From the NCBI GenBank assembly GCA_965645245.1, contig OZ287086.1:930001-994000 (forward strand): a stretch of 64,000 nucleotides of DNA, read 5' to 3'. Positions 44,612-57,756 of the stretch are shown here, piece after piece. Position numbers and translations under genes: made by a program. Below the pieces are notes generated by a model. It ran no database searches and was not told the DNA's origin. It saw nothing but the letters and a program-made list of their open reading frames with translations. Positions within the stretch are counted from its first letter, which is position 1. Every line of letters starts with the position of its first letter. Source of the DNA: Massalongia carnosa (Eukaryota).

Positions 44612-47600
44612 TACGCCGCGGAATGGGTTGGGTTGGGTTGGGTTCGGGTTGGGTATCATTGGGTTACACAAATCACATGATTAGTAATAGTAATCAATAA
44701 CCTTGACTTATCAACGTGGCGATCGGCGTTAGTATCTTATGTATTCTCAACTATACTATCTACTAGCCACCAGGCATACTCTTCCTAGTGGTTGGTTTTC
44801 TTATCGTACCAGTTCTGGCACCTGGTCCCGGTATTCTGTCGAGTGTTCGGTTTGGAATTCGCGCAGGTTTGCGCGTACGATTACGCGGAGTCTTCGGTGC
44901 CATATCTAAAAGCAAACAGGCAAGCAGACAGGTTATCAGTGGTCGCGCGTGGCAACTAGGTTAGGTTGGGTATGGTTAGGTTCAGTATGACTAGGTTGGG
45001 TTGGCTAGTTTAGGTGGAATATATATGCATGCGCTGGATTTGACTGAGTGTTTAGAACGTAAACGTAGTTATTAATGCTTTATCGCAGCATAATCTAGTC
45101 AATGAAGTTAAATTCCTACAGCTAGATTCCTATGGCTAAATCCTATATATACATTTCTATATATACAATCCTCGTAATTCGCCACAATGAGCAGCTCGCA
45201 GATGATAGATTCAGAGATATACGATCTTCAAGTTGTGTGCAAACCAACAGATGCTACGCATATGTGGCCGAGAAGAGCGAGGAGTTTATGAAATGGTGGC
45301 GAAGTACGAGATTGCATTTTGCTAATGAAGAGAAGAGTCGAAAGGCGATGAAGAAGATCGATTGGGGATCGACCAAAAGAAAGGCGGCGGAATGGAAAGA
45401 GTTTCAGGAAAGCGCCACTGTAGGCGATGGTAATCCCAAAATAATCTGCTCGCTATGCTCCCTGGTCTTGACTCATCCCTCACTGGGCTCCGGAAATATC
45501 TGCATGACTAATCACTTAAACTCCGAGTCCTGTAAAAAGACGTCGAAATGGAAAGGAATGAAGCAACTTTCCTTAAAGGTTGGATATCGTGCCAAAATAT
45601 TACTACCATAATGACTATTACATTACGTGCTTTGCTAATCAATATTAGATTGAAGCAAAAAGACAAGAGGCCTTGACTCTCAACGGGCGTAGACTAAAAA
45701 AGGAAGATTTCACACCTCAATTGCTTCGTATGATTGTTGCTCTAGGGCTGCCGTTACGAAGTGTCGCCAATGTCGAATTGCAAAGAGCGTTCAACTGTCT
45801 GCTCGATAATGTACAGTTTCCTTCACCATCGACAATCAAGAATCGCTTGATAACCCGAAAACAAGAGATTATTCAGCTTTTGCTCGAGAGTCTACCTAGA
45901 GGTAGTTCAAAGGTCTCTCTGGCTTTGGATTGTTGGTCGTCATTTAATCGACAAGGTTATCTGGCCATCAATGCTTACTTCATTGACGATAAATGGAATT
46001 ATCACGAAGTGCTTCTTGCATTCGAATACGTTGAATGCTCATACACGGGAATAAAACTTGCTGAAGTATTGAACAGCGTTTTAATCAGACATTCTATTGA
46101 AGATCGTATTTTGGCATTTACCACGGACAGTGCATCTAATAACGCACCGATGGTAGATGAGTTGTGACGAATAATACGAAGCAATCGAGCCTTTGCACTT
46201 CTACATACTGATGCTAATGAGATACAGCGAGGGCCTTGCTTATCGCAGGTAATTCAACTTGCCGTAAAACAGCTACTTGGGTGTATTCACATTAATCCCA
46301 AAAATGCCGATTTCAAAACTAGCTGGGATGATAAGTAAGATAGACGGGATTTCGAAAACCCGACACCTGGAGTTCCCCTTACGCTAACTTAGGCAAGATT
46401 TATTTTGTGGTAGTCGTTGTAGTAGTCGTTCTAAATTTAGATTAGGTTCGAGGTTCGAGCATTAGCTGTTCACATTAACAGTAGCAATTTACGTAAGGAG
46501 AACTTCTACGCTGTTCAACGAGTATTGAATGACGAAGAGAGACGCACTGGAAAGTCGGTCAGCGGTACAGTACTTAAGCTTTTTTAAGATATAAATAATC
46601 GATGGGACTCCACATGTCACATGTTAATTCGAGCGCTCAAGTTGCGACAAGCGCTGAATAGATATCATGATAAACATGAAGCCGAGTATTTGAGATTGCT
46701 CGACGTGGAATGGTCACAGATAGAATATCTTATCGATTTAACGAAGCTATTCTGCGTCTTCACAAAGATGATTGGTCAATCAAAGCAACCGACCATTCAT
46801 CAGGTATTCGAGATCTACAATAAGCTGTTTGATCATCTGGATCAAGCTCCCGTAAGATTTTCTCGTAAGCGAGTATCGTAGAAACGTGCGCTATTGAATG
46901 GTATCCAGGCGGCTGCAACGAAATTGCGTAAATACTATTCTAAAACTCTGGGGTCATTAGGTTATCTGTATTGAAAGGCGGCATTGCTATCTCCCAATAA
47001 GAAGGACCTGATTTTCAAGGGTCCCAATTTGGATGCGCCCTATGGGGAAAGTCGATTGGAAGATCAATATTGGCAATCTCTGGAAGCGGAATTCGAAATC
47101 TACGAGAATTCTCAAACCTCACAAGTACGCGGGCGTAATTTCGCGGTCATTCGAGACTTGAATAATCTGGATCTTCTTCTGAGTACGAATAATGCTACTC
47201 CGCTCGCTCTAGATGACTGTCAGGGTAGGAGTCCAATGATCCTATCCATGTGGTGGAACAGTGTTTCGCTATCGACTATACTATATGATAATCTGACGAA
47301 ACGAACTCGAGGAGGAAAACAGTAACTGCTAGCAGAGATTTCCTTTAACTCCTGAAAAGGGACACTAAGCCCAATTCGGTAAGCTCGCAGTCTAACCACA
47401 ATGACCATCCGTAGATTGACCTGTTCAATGAAACTCTACGTCTCATGTTCACACCATGACAATGACGAGTTCAACTGCTGTCGTCAGCGAGGTAGGTTAA
47501 CTGATACAATAAATCTTTTCTCATTGTATTCAACTTATTTACAATACACAGCGATGCATGATCGTTCGGGTTCTATTCTACAACAGTGGAAAGATCTCGA

Positions 47601-48691
47601 GCCGGAATTTCCACAAATTTGTATGGTTGCCAGGGACATCCTTGCTGTACCAGCCGCTGGCGTTGGATGTGAGCGGGTTTTTAGCGTTGCGGGAGCCCTT
47701 TACGATAATCGCAAGAATTTTCATCCGGATACATTCTCCGCGATGATGATGGTTCGTTTCTACGATCAGACGGAGAATGCAGATGCAAGTTTACACGTAG
47801 ATTTGGAAGAAGACGAAAGCATGAGTCTTGAGGATTTGACTAATGAGATGCAAAGGCGACATGAAGACCTAATATAGGTTTTTCAGAAGGTCTACATTAG
47901 TGATAAAGAAGACGATAACAATGACGAGGATCAGTTAACGCAGATCGGGTCATCGCAGGTTGAGCAGGTCTCACCGCGAGATGTAAGCATCGAGTCACTT
48001 ACTTTCGTGTCTTCTTGAGCTAATTATTCTACAGAAAAGTAAGAAACGAACTTACAATAACAGAAACTCCATTTCCGAGCAACGCGATATGAATAAGAGG
48101 ATTGCAACGAGTACAAGAAGGGGTAGGCTTCCATCAAGCGAGGAGGTGAAGGAGGGTATGACAGAGGAGGGTGTCGTGGATAAGGTGGAGGAGGAGGAGG
48201 AGGAGGAAGAGGTTATAGTGGATGAGGTAGAGGAGGAGGAGGAGGAGGGTTTGGTGGAGGATGAGGTAGAGGAGGGGGGTAGAGAGGGTAGGGGTGACAA
48301 GAGGGTGGAGAGTAAAGGAAGAGATGGCGAGAGACTTTCTTTACAAGTTTTGAATAGGAAGCAATAAATAGGCGACATATTTCGATATTCGATAGAAGAT
48401 AGCATATGAATTTGTGATAGTCTTTATGGTAGTTCGACGTCAACGAAATAAATGTTTTATCTATAATCTACATTTTAATTTGTGATAGTTATTAAATTAA
48501 ATCTACAATGATTGAAAATCCTAACTCATGTGATAAATATTGCATTCGCGTTTTGTGGCAGTTGCTAGTAGTCATCATTTACACTCGCAGATTTTTTATG
48601 TTGTGTAACCCAACGATAACCCAACCCAACCCCAAACCCATTGGGTTGGGTTCTCATTTTAATAACCCAACCCAACCTATTCCGCGGCGTA
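44612..48691 (+). mobile_element. hAT transposon with decayed transposase (about 45132-47877)
   Basis: TIRs tacgccgcggaat.ggttgggttggg. BED-like finger, LALDCWSS, TTDSASNN, RWDST, and C-terminal ARDILAVPA.GV.CERVFS. Contains stops. The 8-bp flanks do not match. Confidence 0.92.
47218..47461. repeat. Solo LTR inside the hAT transposase
   Basis: tgtca...tgaca ends and TSD atgac. Confidence 0.85.
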
Positions 48692-49923
48692 CCTATATGT
48701 ATCAATAAAAGAACTCTGAAACGACGTTTGAAATTTTGAAATCTTGACACATGTTATAATTTCAGATATTAGTGTTCTTAGATTACGAATTATTGCGTTT
48801 CCGTATGAATTTTGTTTTTATGTTGCAGACATACTTCATGCTCTTACGCAAGAAGATTATATTATTGCGTCACGATCTTTACAACGAATTCGAAAATCTA
48901 CGAATATATTGTGGCGGGGCCACACGTGTCATAGGTGGTCGGGTGACAGAGCAGGCCTGTCCGGTCTAGAGTGGGGGTATTTTGCTGGTGTTTTCTTCAT
49001 CGCCCGTATATTTCTTTTCCACCTCCCTTATCGCTACCGCTACCGTCATCTTTCCACAGAGAGCATGCGTTTCAGACGTATATTCCTGGAACTTGCTAGT
49101 CGTTTTATTTACTGCACTGATGACTATGGTCTCGTGCTTTACCTTATGCTTTGCGACCGTGTCCGAAGGTCGACAGGGCTACGGCGACTTCAACTACTCA
49201 ATTACCATCGAAGCGAGCACGTCAGCGACAGCGACGTAATAATCGAGCGAAGTATGATAGGCCTACTAAAAGAGCCTTCGTTTCAGCCCACCTTCACGTT
49301 GTAGGGTGGGTCGGAGCAGTGATGCTCAAAATTCAAATTACTAGCTATTCGGGAGTTGGTTCTTTTCGGCTGATTCTCGGCAAAGGTCTGCGGAGAAGTC
49401 AGGTGACAGTCTTTCTTTTAGTTATAGATAAGTTCTTTTTCTTGAGACATAGAGCAAGCATGCTCGTAGCAAATAGCTACATTACATAGCTACAATATAT
49501 AAAGTTCACAGGCACGAGGCACGAGGTATACAGTGATAAATCTGGGTATTGGTCTTATTATATTTTCTTTTTCTTCACTTGTTTATGTATTCTCTTGCAC
49601 TCCTAGCAGTAGTAAACCACGCATATCACCCAGTTTATTCTTCTATAGTTGGTGATCACAATACATTTTCTATTTGACCGATAGAAATCAAACGACGAGT
49701 CTGAACAGATATGCGGGCCAAACAGCGACAAGCAACAACGACAGAAAACTACGACAGCGTACAGAAATCTAGAAATGGTAGGAAAACGATATACAGCGAT
49801 CTACGCCGCGCAACGGGTTGTTTTCTCTCAAAACGCAATCTGGATAACAAAAATAATAGGGTTCGCCACACACGGGTTGAGTTTTCAATACGTGTAGAGA
49901 AACCAGACCAGTTGCGCGGCGTA
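48692..49923 (+). repeat. Diverged direct duplicate of about 38386-41622 without the later insertions; includes an old LTR-like unit (about 48910-49471) and a hAT MITE (49802-49923)
   Basis: Collinear similarity along the whole length once three insertions are removed from the left copy. Confidence 0.85.
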
Positions 49924-50163
49924 ACTGCGAGTTAACTGCATTGAGCTTAAGGTATGATTTAGAATACATATAGGAAATCTCTGCAAGCAAGTTATGCTTT
50001 TCTCGTTGTGTTCGTCTTATCTAGCTATCATGTAACATATTTTATAATAAAACACTGTTCATCACATGAATAAGATATCTTTCTACAGACTGTGAAATTA
50101 ACTACAGAATATCGAAATTAATTTATTTTATTCATTCGTTTTATCAGTTTTATTCGTCGTACT

Positions 50164-51091
50164 GCCGGAGGCCAATTGAAGATCATCTCCTCCGCATGCA
50201 ACAAAATAGCTGGCAAACTTCGAGGCAAGGCAGGTCGCAAACGACTTCAAAAGCCCACCCCGGGAGAGCTGAAACATATCTAGGCCAAAAGCCTACTGAT
50301 CGACTCAGAAATAGTTCAACCACCAAAGGCACACCCACAATGGTTCGAAGTCTACCCGGCGTGGCACCGCGAAGCTACCGTTGCGGCAACGGCCCGACAC
50401 AAGCAGATGCAAACAATCAAAGCACGACAAATGAAGGTCTGGAACGACTCGTGGTGCGCATATCAAAATCGCGTCATCGAACCCTCAATAGCACAATCAG
50501 TCCCACTGAGCAAAAAACGGCTGAAAATACACACGCAGCTAAAAAAGGCAGAAAGCGCTCTAACAACTCAAATCCGCACTGGCAAAATCGGATTAGCTGA
50601 CTTCCTCTACAAGAGACGGGTGCCCTCCGTCACCTCACCGGCCTGCTCATGTGGCTGGCACAGACAAACTCCAGAACATGTAATCATATTCTGCAGACTT
50701 ATTGACAATAGAGAACAGATTTTTCGCGCCGCCGGCACAAGCGACTATCAGCAGCTGACCAAATCATCAAAAACTCTGAAGATACTAACTGCTTGGCTTA
50801 TGAAAACATGCTTATTGAATCAATTCTCACTAGCATCAACATTATTGTAAAATCCACAATAGTTGAACCTTTCTTTCTTTCTTCTCTTTTCACAAGGCAT
50901 TACAGTTCCCACAAGTCTTTTGCACTGCGTCTCCCGCCCGACGTCGACCCGTAGTCACATCGGACGGGTATCAAGGGACATGATTTTTACACCTGTGAAA
51001 GGTTTTCCATATAACATACTTAGATAGCTTTGCCCGCATGGGCCGGCCTACGGCCGGTGTCATATCGGAGTATGAATACATCATCATCATC
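50164..51091 (+). mobile_element. 5'-truncated LINE (ORF2 C-terminus plus 3' UTR)
   Basis: QIRTGKIGL..FL and CSCG...TPEHVIIFC zinc motif. GC-rich 3' hairpin, (cat)n tail and 12-bp TSD attcgtcgtact. Confidence 0.92.
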
Positions 51092-52101
51092 ATTCGTCGT
51101 ACTCCTATTTACACCAATTTGTAACAAAATCCCATTTGCAGCACGCTAGTTAGTAAGCACCATACCAAAATCAGAAAAACCTCAGCTTCACATGCCACCA
51201 AAATTGATAGTAATCGGAAGCCAACAGCTAAAGTCGGTTCCGAATAATCTGAATATTTGTTAACAATAAATAAAAATCAATTACTGCCTCAAAAGAACTA
51301 GAACTGAGCTTTATATATACGTTTAAATATCATCTTTTCCATCCCACTTTTCAGCTGTCTAACAGCAGTAGACTGCACTAATAACTTTCCCTTGATCAAT
51401 AGATATCCTCTAATCAACGAGGTCTTCCGGTTTAAGCTTAGAAAAAGCGATATTGTTGATCAGGAAAGCGTTGCTTATGCTAGATCGGAGGAAGTTTTTT
51501 TAGTATAAGTCCTGAAGTCCTATCAATATGATTTGACAGATAAACTCAGTGTAAATAAACATTTGAAAAGACTGCTTATACGTATAGAGACATTTTATTA
51601 CTTAGGAGGAGAAGGATCATACGTACGAGGCGAGTTTCGAGTTCTAAAATTAAACCTTTATGACGGCTTCATTGTTTTATCACTTCGACTGATGAGTATT
51701 TCTTTTATCCTATTTGCCTTTGGCTCAATCATAAAATTCTTTTCTGACGATAAATTTCCTCTCGATCGACTCTCGATAAGACTGAACGAAAGAGCTAGGA
51801 TTTAATCTGAAGACGATAGAATCAGTCAAGATCTTTGAATAGATTTCTTGTTTAGTCTGCGTTGTTTTGACTTCATGAATAAATTGGGACCCAATTTGAT
51901 AAAAGATTTAATCACAAGATTGAACTATTTGATTAATTTTTTATCAATCTTTTTCTTTTCTTTGATAACTAGTTTCTGATTTCGTTTTTCGAGAATCTTC
52001 GAATTCATAATTCTAGCAGTATAATAATGTTTTTTTGCTCGATTTGCTCTTTCGTGTTTACGACAAGCAGTTACAAGAAGCTTTAACTACAGGAGACTTA
52101 G

Positions 52102-52476
52102 TATCACGATTTAACCACATCCACTAATCAAAGGAAAGTACGGTATCTGCCGGCGCACTAACCGCTTCCGTTACTCAACCCTTTTATCAATCATAAGGGC
52201 AATCAACGGAAGGTCTGAAAGGACTGAAAAGGACGCATCGGAACGACCTTCTAAAGCAAATACAAATAGATGAAAGGGACAAACGGCAGAAAGACTCTTT
52301 GACCAAACTTTTCACTTATTGATAGAGACATAAACAACTGGATCGGGCAAAGCGATTATCTATATAGACTCCTAGAGAGAGCACCTTTTGCTTGTTTCCT
52401 TTCTGCATCTTTGATATTTTCTAGTGCATAGCTACCCAGTAGATAGTCAATTCCATATCCTGGTTGAACCCTTATA
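52102..52476. repeat. Solo LTR, family A
   Basis: Homologous to 3518-3899. TSD cttag. Ends decayed. Confidence 0.85.
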
Positions 52477-52509
52477 CTTAGTAGCAGATTGAAGACTTTA
52501 AAAAGTGAT

Positions 52510-53382
52510 TACGCCGCGAAACACGTTGGGTTGAGTCGGGTTTTGAATAGTCGAACCCGACCCGCTACCGGGTTGGGGAACCTGTAGGGCTAAACACGGT
52601 AGGTTGGGGAACCATTCCTGGGTTAACCCGTTTGACCCGTTCGACCCGGTCGATTTTTTATATCAGTTTTAAACGTATTTTTTAGACGTTTAAAACACAT
52701 TTGAAAATTCTGAAAGTTCTGTGAATTAGTCATCAATAAATGATCATTAGTTAGCAAAATTTTTGACACTTTATATTTCATATTTTCATATTTAATTTGC
52801 GAAAAAAACTGAACGGGTTGAACGGTTTAACCCGGAAACCTGTAAGAGTCAGACCTGGCGATTAGCAGACACCAGGCCTAGGGATATGTGACAATGTGAA
52901 GACACTAATGATTTGCTATACTAATATACTAAAAGAAGTATGTAGGTAAAGCGGAAGACTAATCGTTGAAGCTTGCATCTCCCTCGAGCAGCCTCCTTAT
53001 ATACCCGGACCGAAGCCCTTAACCCTCTGGGCCCTTGATACTGTAACTATCTTGACCGCTCATTACTCCTACCGGATAAGCCGGCTAAACACTCTGCTGA
53101 CTGCATCGTGGACACTGTGCTGACTTTATCGTAGACACTGTGCTGACTGTATCGTACCATCCGCTCACTAATCGTACGAGCATCCTCGTATATCTCGATC
53201 GCTCGTACTATACTCTCGGCAGTAGATACCAGCCGCGTAACGCAGACCAACTGCTTTCCATATGACTAAGCCTAGCCGTAGAACTAAGCCCCGCTTAGTT
53301 AGCTTAGCCCTTATTCCTTCTATGCCCTTACAAAACCAGACCTAAATTTGATTGGTTTAACATAACTCGTTTGCACGGCATA
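52510..53382. mobile_element. hAT MITE (reverse copy of 3918-4325) interrupted by a solo LTR
   Basis: tacgccgcg start and decayed ...gcacggcata end. Internal sequence is the reverse complement of 3918-4325. Confidence 0.8.
52841..53332. repeat. Solo LTR of the 31226-37800 chromovirus family
   Basis: Near-identical to that LTR but has three instead of four 23-bp units. TSD aaacc. Confidence 0.95.
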
Positions 53383-53569
53383 AAGATAATTAATTATATT
53401 TACACTATTTAGAAGAAAGAAAGGTCAAGTGAATTCTTTCGAGGATTTTATTGATCCGATTATTTATTATAACAAACATTTTTTTAATCATCTTATTACA
53501 TTTAAATTAAGAAAATCGGTCTATTGTAAAGTCAACATTCGATAAAATTGACTAAATCTTTAATATCGT

Positions 53570-53721
53570 TACGCCGCGCAAAGGGTCGAGTTTCTCTACT
53601 GAAAACCTAACCCGTTTGTGGCGAACCCTATGATTTTGGGTATCCGGGTTCAGTTTTGAAAGAAAAACCCGGTGGCGAGAAAGCAATTTTGTGGCTAAAA
53701 CCTAACCCGTTGCGCGGCGTA
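53570..53721. mobile_element. Short hAT MITE (a further decayed copy at about 57277-57427)
   Basis: TIR tacgccgcgcaa.ggg/cccgttgcgcggcgta. Flanks do not form a TSD. Confidence 0.8.
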
Positions 53722-53801
53722 GTTAGTGCCAATTTAAACCTTCTTTACAATAGAAAGATTTCAATCTTTAAAAGTTGGAATCAATTTGAGTGATTTGATA
53801 T

Positions 53802-54182
53802 TGTGACGGTTCAACCAGGATGTGGAATTGACTATCTACTGGGAAGCTATGCATTAGAAAATATCAAAGATGAAGAAAGGAAACAAGCAAAAGGTGCCCT
53901 CTCTAGGAGTCTGTATAGATAATCGCTTGGCCCGATTCAGCTGCTTGTGTCTTCATCAATAAGTTAACGGTTTGGTCAAACAGTCTTTCTGCTCTTTATC
54001 CCTTTCATCCATTTGTGTTTGCTTTAGAAGGTCGTTCCGATGCGTCTCTTTCAATCCTTTCAGACCTCCGTTGATTGCCCCTATGATTACTAAAAGGGTT
54101 TAGTAACGGAAGCGGTTAGTGCGCCGGCAGATGCCGTACTTTACTTTGTTTAGCCTTGGGTGTATATGATTGAACCGTGACA
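53802..54182. repeat. Solo LTR, family A (reverse)
   Basis: tgtgacggttcaa...ttgaaccgtgaca ends and TSD gatat. Confidence 0.9.
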
Positions 54183-54347
54183 GATATCTCAAGAATAGTC
54201 ATCATATTTATCTGATCGATAAATCTTCGAAAGAAAATTCACGATAAAGATTTGATTAATTCATGTAATCATATTCTTTATAAGAACATTACATATTTGA
54301 ATAACTTTATTATAGATCAACTTCCTCGTTTTATAATACTTAATATC

Positions 54348-54728
54348 TTTCACGGTTCAACCAAATCCACCTAAGGCCAATCAAAGGAAAGTACGGCTTC
54401 TGCCGGTATACTAAATGTTTCCGTTACTCCACCCTTTTAGCAATCATAGGGGCAATCAACGGAGGTCTAAAAGGACCGAAAAAGACGCATCTGAATTACC
54501 TTCTAAAGCAAACACAAATTGATGAAAGGGATAAAGAGCAGAAAGATTGATTGACTAAACAGTTCACTTATTGATGAAGACATAAGCAGCTGGATCGGGC
54601 CAAGCGATTATCTATATAGACTCCTACAGAGAGCACCTTTTGCTTGTTCCCTTTCTGTATCTTTGATATATTCTAGTACATAGCTTCCGGGTAGATAGTC
54701 AATTCCAATCCTGGTTAAAACTGTCATA
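54348..54728. repeat. Solo LTR, family A
   Basis: Homologous to the other copies. TSD atatc/atatt. Confidence 0.85.
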
Positions 54729-54825
54729 ATATTTATATGTTTAATTCGAGAATAATTGATGAAATTGTCGATTAATTTTATAATCGCTTTATTGTCAGTT
54801 ATCATCAAAACGAAGTCATTGAAAT

Positions 54826-55830
54826 CATGATAAGAATGATAATGTATTCATACTCCGATATTTCACCGTCCGTAGGCCGGCCCATGCGGGCAAAGCTATC
54901 TTAGTTATATTACATGGAAAACCTTTTTCAGGTGTAAAAACCATATCCCTAGATACCTTTCCGATATGACACCGGGTTGACGTCGGACAGGAGACGCTGA
55001 GCGAAAATCATGTGAGAACTGTGACGCCTTGTGAGATAATAAGGAAAAGAGAAGTGAAACTACTGTTAATTCTACAATAGTGTAGATGCCAGTGAGAATT
55101 GGGTCAGTAGACCTGTTTTCATTAGCCAAGTAGTTAATATCTTTAGAGTTTTCGATGTTTCGGTCAGCTGTTGATAGTTGATTGTGCCAGCGGCGCAAAA
55201 CATCTGTTATCTATTGTCAATAAATCTACATGAGCATAATTACGTGTTCTAGAGTTTGTCAGTGCCAGCCACATAGGCAGGCCGGTGAGGTGACAGCGGG
55301 GACCCGTCGCTGGTAGAGGAAGTCAGCTAGACCGATCTTACCGGTGCGGATCTGTGTTGTCAGGGCGCTTTCTGCCTTTTTTAGCAGCGTGTGTATTTTC
55401 AGTCGTTTTTTGCTCAGTAGGACTGATTGCGCTATAGAGGATTCGATGACGCGATTTTGATATGCGCTCCACGAGTCGTTCCAGACTTTCAGCTGTCGTG
55501 CTTTAATTGTCTGCATTTGTTTTTGACGAGCCAACGCTGCTACGGAGATTTCGCGGAGATGCGCTGGGGAAGGGTCGGACCATGGTTGGTGTGCTTTGTG
55601 TAGTTGAACGATTTTCGCGTCGATCAGTAGGTTTTTGGCCCAGGTGTGCTTCAGCTCTCCCGGAGTGGGTTTTTGAAGGCGTTTGCGACCTGCCTTGCCT
55701 TGAAGTTTGTTAACTATTTTGCTGCATACAGAAGAAATGACCTTCGATCAACCTCCGGCTCGGAGTCGATGTCTGGCCTGCGCCTGTAGCGTGTAGAGGT
55801 TTACATCAATGGGTGCTATGTATGTCTCTG
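54826..55830 (-). mobile_element. Second 5'-truncated copy of the 50164-51091 LINE
   Basis: Same peptide (QIRTGKIGLADFLY..RVP.VTSPAC.CGWH) and the same 3' hairpin and tail in reverse. Confidence 0.9.
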
Positions 55831-56557
55831 CTTCAAGAACTGGAATGGGACATTGAAATCATATTTCAAGAATTTTAAGATATTCGTCAAGTATATAGCG
55901 GTTCGACTATGCGTGGTACGGACGGCAGGACCTACAGCGAACATAGCAGGAGTCCTAGTTATAGTAGAATTGTCAGGGTCCTGGCCTGACATAAGGCTGA
56001 GACGGAAGGGGGGATCACGGGAGCACGTGAGGCTAGCGCGACACTCGGTGCAGATATTTCTAGCGAGTCGCGCACTGAGACGGGTAGACCTTTTCCCAGC
56101 AGGCATTCACTACTGGAAGACGGGATCCACAGGGGCTACACAACGTGATAGTCTCAATAGAGGTACAAAAAGGTTGGGTCGGGTCAAAGGGTAGACTAAA
56201 TGCTACCCTTTGGAAGTGCTTGATTATTGATCTATAGAGAATAGGACAATCCACAACCTAAGCTCTTCTTCTATACCTTGCCCATACAACCTGGTATTTT
56301 CGGTCTCCGAAATACTTCGGTTACCGAAAGAGACGGGTAGATGAGACTAGGCAGGTGAGCTAGGGGAGGTGAGGCGAGGCGAGAGGATACTTCGTGTACT
56401 ACGAAAACACCTCTATAATAATTTAATTCCCCACACTATGCCTAACTAGATTAGGCGGGACCTATTGTCCTGGTAGCTGTTTTGGCTGTACGTATCCCAC
56501 ATAGCCACATAGGTCAGTCTTACGTTCAACGAACGCATACTAGGCCTACCCTATTAC

Positions 56558-57030
56558 AAAATTGCTGTGAATTTTTAATCTCTTTTTGTCAAGCGAAGCT
56601 TATTGAGCCTTGGTAGGGAGTAGAATGCGATTTTGATAAGTCGCCCATGTTCACTTCTATATTTTCATATAATGCTCCATGAGCCGCGTATGATGTGCCC
56701 GTTGGGCCGTTCGCGCTTTACTAAGCTCCTTGTAATATTCTGAACTGGCCTCGTACCACGGGGGCGCGGAAGGCGGTAATCTGACGCCGGCCTCTCTATT
56801 TAACGTTGCCTTACCCCATGTGTGTTTCAGTTCTCCGGGTGTTGGCTGCGGAGTTCTTCTCCGACCCGCTCTATCCCGTAGCTTATTAGCTATTATCTTG
56901 CATGCGGAGTTAACGAGTGCTTTTTACCCCGTAATTCGTAGTCGATACCCGGCTTTAGCCTGCAGTTAATCCAAATACATATTTATTGGGTTAGTCTTCA
57001 AAAGACTAAAGTTCGAATATAAGAATTCGA
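56558..57030 (+). repeat. Non-coding dispersed repeat, SINE-like; second copy at about 58225-58576
   Basis: About 350 bp of direct similarity between the two copies. The first copy ends in hairpin ttagtctt-caa-aagactaa (56991-57009) and an A-rich tail. Confidence 0.6.
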
Positions 57031-57586
57031 TAAGAAGTAAACAATTCTTATAGTTGTTATTATAATCTCATTCTACTGATGAATAAAAATCGAATAAATC
57101 TCGATTACTGTTCTATAATTTATAATGATAACATAATCAATAAAAATGAAATATTATTCACGAGATATTTGCTTAAGATTATACAAGATCTTCTTCAAGT
57201 TACAGGCATATTTTTCTGATTTAATAAATTTATGAGATTGTTTTATTCAGATCTTCTCTTTTAGAGAAGTCTCAAGTACCCCACTTAACGGTGGGGTTTC
57301 TATTTTGAAAACCCGACCCGTTTATGACGAACTCTATTATTTTTAATATTCGGGTTAAGGTTTGAAAGAAAAACCCGATGGCGAAAAACCAAATTTGTTA
57401 TAAAAACCCAACCCGTTACGCGGCGTCGCATTAAGAAAAGCGATGATCACGTCGATTTGTTCGATTGTTAAATCATGATAATGATGATAAATTCTTACAC
57501 CGATATGTTACCAGCCGAAGGCCGGCCCATGCGGGCGTGGTTCTATATAACTATTGTACATTGAAAAACCTTTCAATGAATAAAAC

Positions 57587-57756
57587 TGTGACGAAGCGAG
57601 ATAGTGACTAGATTTCTACTATTGCGCCACCTGTCCTTCCCGACCAAAGGCACAATACTTAGTCCGCAGACCAAGCTCTATTCTACTATAACTGGGACTC
57701 CTGCTATGTTCGCTTTAGGTCCTGCCGTTCGCACCACGCATGGTCGAACCGTTACA
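57587..57756. repeat. Solo LTR, family C, inside a LINE-tail-related element (about 57470-58100, minus strand)
   Basis: TG...CA ends and TSD aaaac. The host carries the ggccggcccatgcggg end shared with the LINE. Confidence 0.85.

Noticed and set aside
48052..48443. Poly-Glu, poly-Ser and poly-Pro ORFs
   Set aside because: GA-rich low-complexity tract inside the hAT element that is open in several frames.
55971..56558. LTR-like segment tgtcagg...ttaca
   Set aside because: No TSD and no second copy in the window, so the boundaries are unsupported.
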